A stretch of 64,000 nt of DNA, from the NCBI GenBank assembly GCA_051313645.2, contig JBNRSN020000161.1:682001-746000 (forward strand). The letters are read 5' to 3'. This document shows, piece by piece, positions 62,100-64,000 of the stretch. The notes beneath the pieces are model-generated. The model ran no database searches and had not been told where the DNA came from. It saw only the letters and a list, made by a program, of their open reading frames with translations. A program made the translations under genes and the position numbers. Source of the stretch: Centroscyllium fabricii. Taxonomy: Eukaryota. Numbering within the stretch: position 1 is the first letter of the stretch; each line of letters starts with the position of its first letter.

Positions 62100-62828
62100 T
62101 GCAGACACAGTGCACTAGTGGTGGAGAGAGTGGATGTTTAAGTTGGTGGATGGGGTGCCAATCAAGCGGGCTGCATTGTCCTGGATGGTGTCGAGCTTCT
62201 TGAGTGTTGTTGGAGCTGCACTCATCCTGACTTGTGCCTTGTAGAGAGTGGAAAGGCTTTGGATGGTCAGGAAGTGAGTTATTTGCCACAGAATATCGAG
62301 CCTCTGACCTGCTCTTGTAGCCACAGTATTTATACAGATGGTCCAGTTGTGTTTCTGGTCAATGGTGACCCTCAGGATGTTGATAGTGGGGGATTCAGCT
62401 ATGGTAATGCCATTGAATGGAAAAGGGAGGTGATTAGATTCTCTCTTATTGGAGATGGTCATTGCCTGGCACTTGTGTGGTGGTAATGTTATTTCCCACT
62501 TATCAGCCCAAGCCTGGATGTTGTCCAGGTCTTGCTGCATGTGGACAGTGACTGCATCATTATCTGAGGAGTTGTGAATGGAACTGAACACTCTACAATC
62601 ATCAGTGAACATCCCCACTTCTGACCTTATGATGGAGGGAAGGTCATTGATGAAGCAGCTGAAGCTGGTTGGGTCTAGGATACTGCCTTGAGGAACTCCT
62701 GCAGCGATGTCCTGAGGCTAAGATAATTGGCCACCAACAATCCTCCTTTGTGCTTGGTATGACTCCAGCTAGTGAAGAGTCTTTCCCCTGATTCCCATTG
62801 ACTTCAATTTTACAGGGCTTATGTTAGC

Positions 62829-62871
<43 letters not shown>

Positions 62872-63588
62872 GTGGGTTCAAGTCCCTGTCCAGAGATTTG
62901 TGCACAAAAATGTTAGGCTGACACTCCAGAGTGCAATTTCAGCAGTGCCGTATTAAATTTAATGTTAAACCAAGGCCCTGTCTGTTCTCAGGTGGAAGTA
63001 AGAGATCCCATGGCAATATTATGAAGAAGAGCAGAGGAGATATCCTTGGTGTCCTGGCCAATATTTATCCCTCAATCAACATTACAAAAACACATTATCA
63101 CGTAGCTGTTTGTGGGACCTTGCTGTGCGCAAATTAGCTGCCACGTTTCATTGGTGCCACATTTGGTCAAATGCTGCTTTGATGTCAAGGGCAGTCACTC
63201 TCACCTCACCTCTGGAATTCAGCTCCTTTGTCCATGTTTGGACCAAGACTGTAATGAGGTCGAGAGCCGAGTGGTCCTGGGGGAACCCAAACTGAGCATC
63301 GGTGAGTAAGTGCCGCTTGATAGCACTGTCGATGACACCGTCCATCACTTTGCTGATGATTGAGAGTAAACTGATGGGACGGTAATTGGCCAGGTTGACT
63401 TGGTCCTGTTTTTTGTGGAGAGAACATAGCTGGGCAGTTTTCCACATTACCGGGTAGATGCCAGTGTTGTAGCTGTATTGGAACAACTTGGCTAGAGGCG
63501 CAGCTAGTTCTGGAGCACAAGTCATCAGCACAACAGCCAGGATATTGTTATGGACCATAGTCTTTGCTGTATCCAGTGCGTTCAGCCC
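62100..63588 (-). mobile_element. Degenerate CR1-clade LINE RT fragments, split by a Deu-SINE
   Basis: ANYRPISLLSIISKVM...ALDIKAAFDQMWHQ (63148..63558) and MFTDDC...MQQDLDNIQAWADKW (62115..62618). Confidence 0.82.
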
Positions 63589-63851
63589 TTAAAAAAAGTA
63601 ATACTGTGGGACTTACAGCAGACTAGCGTTAGGCCCTGTGACTGCACCCCTTTGATGTGTTTTTTTTTTGCTTTAATAAGGGGGAAAAAAATCATTCTGT
63701 GTGTTTTGAGCATGTGACCACCCTTGCAATTGTGCCCCATTGTTCGCAGATTGAGGTGTTAAGGTATGCTAATATGCTTGTGTGCTCTAGGGGAAGAGGT
63801 CGGATTTCTCCCTTCCTCCGATATGTGTGATCTTTAAATCAGTCTCTTCTG

Positions 63852-63888
63852 TCACCTGAGGAAGGAGCAGCGCTCCGAAAGCTTGTGA
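63852..63888 (+). ncRNA. Minimal hammerhead ribozyme (intact core)
   Basis: Identical to 59527-59563. Confidence 0.8.
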
Positions 63889-64000
63889 TTTAAAATAAAA
63901 CGTTGGACTATAAACCTGGTGTTGTGTGACTTTTTACATATAACAACATTAAGGAACATTTATTTTCCAGCTTTGTCTTTAAGCTCTTAATGTGGCTTTT

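Overview
Eukaryotic, repeat-dense DNA, most likely from a cartilaginous fish (inferred from HE1-type V-SINEs, Deu-domain SINEs and shark-type CR1 LINEs). Host genes: (i) three U1 snRNA genes. Two are on the minus strand with an octamer about 200 bp upstream, a PSE-position motif and a 3' box. The third is on the plus strand and is probably a pseudogene. (ii) A four-exon, phase-consistent TNF-receptor-superfamily gene of the OX40/GITR/4-1BB type (27890-33638, +) that the ORF track does not join. The rest is layered mobile DNA: five Ty3/Gypsy LTR elements (one very young and nested inside another), a BEL/Pao fragment, CR1, L2 and Rex1/Babar LINEs, Penelope-like elements carrying minimal hammerhead ribozymes (9 motifs), tRNA- and 5S-derived SINEs and MITEs. 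There is also a ~3.26-kb tandem triplication and inverted duplications built from U1 flanks. Most notable signals: all three Gypsy elements with a 5' LTR lack a tRNA primer-binding site and instead carry a co-varying antisense copy of their own LTR poly(A) signal; an array of same-orientation CTCF sites with the upstream motif at 5.3-6.5 kb; and a 5S-derived SINE with a Rex1-like tail. All calls were made by eye, and repeat boundaries are approximate unless a target-site duplication (TSD) is given.
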